A DNA stretch of 64,000 bases from Octopus vulgaris (taxonomy: Eukaryota), in assembly GCA_951406725.2 (NCBI GenBank), contig OX597815.1, forward strand, positions 115,506,001-115,570,000. The letters run 5' to 3'. Numbering within the stretch: the first letter of the stretch is position 1; each line of letters begins with the position of its first letter. The translations under genes and the position numbers were made by a program. Below are positions 63,934-64,000 of this stretch, one piece after another. The notes beneath the pieces are model-generated. The model did no database searches and was not told where the DNA came from. It saw only the letters and a program-made list of their open reading frames with translations.

Positions 63934-64000
63934 AGAGAGAGAGAGAGAGAATAATAAGGTAGTCAGAATGTTGGATGATTATATATATTTTTTTATTTAC

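Overview
AT-rich, microsatellite- and retroposon-dense animal genomic DNA; the SINE families and repeat content strongly suggest an Octopus (coleoid cephalopod) genome. The whole window lies inside one large plus-strand gene, unc80 (accessory subunit of the NALCN sodium leak channel complex). I could assemble ten consecutive, phase-compatible GT-AG coding exons (15348-60443) matching the middle of human UNC80 as I recall it (NMPW, FICTHxxYCHPxCY, KAAPIL, AWELIL, FRYQVWPRMEEGA, PPPxIxFTLPSP, AxRRxS). The gene start and end lie outside the window. The introns hold tRNA-derived SINEs, Tc1/mariner/maT remnants, a full-length IR/DR Tc1, piggyBac and hAT-like MITEs, CR1, RLE-type and RTE LINE pieces, and Penelope remnants. 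The most unusual signal is a recurring set of unrelated fold-back (inverted-duplicated) non-coding insertions. Several carry minimal Penelope-type hammerhead ribozyme motifs, one has a tRNA-derived Pol III head, and two have 12-13 bp target-site duplications that both end in ATGACA. They may be Penelope-mobilised, ribozyme-bearing SINE/retrozyme-like elements. The 26.8 kb intron also contains frame-preserving candidate microexons. Most ORFs in the supplied track are microsatellite artefacts. All alignments and folds were done by eye and repeat boundaries are approximate.
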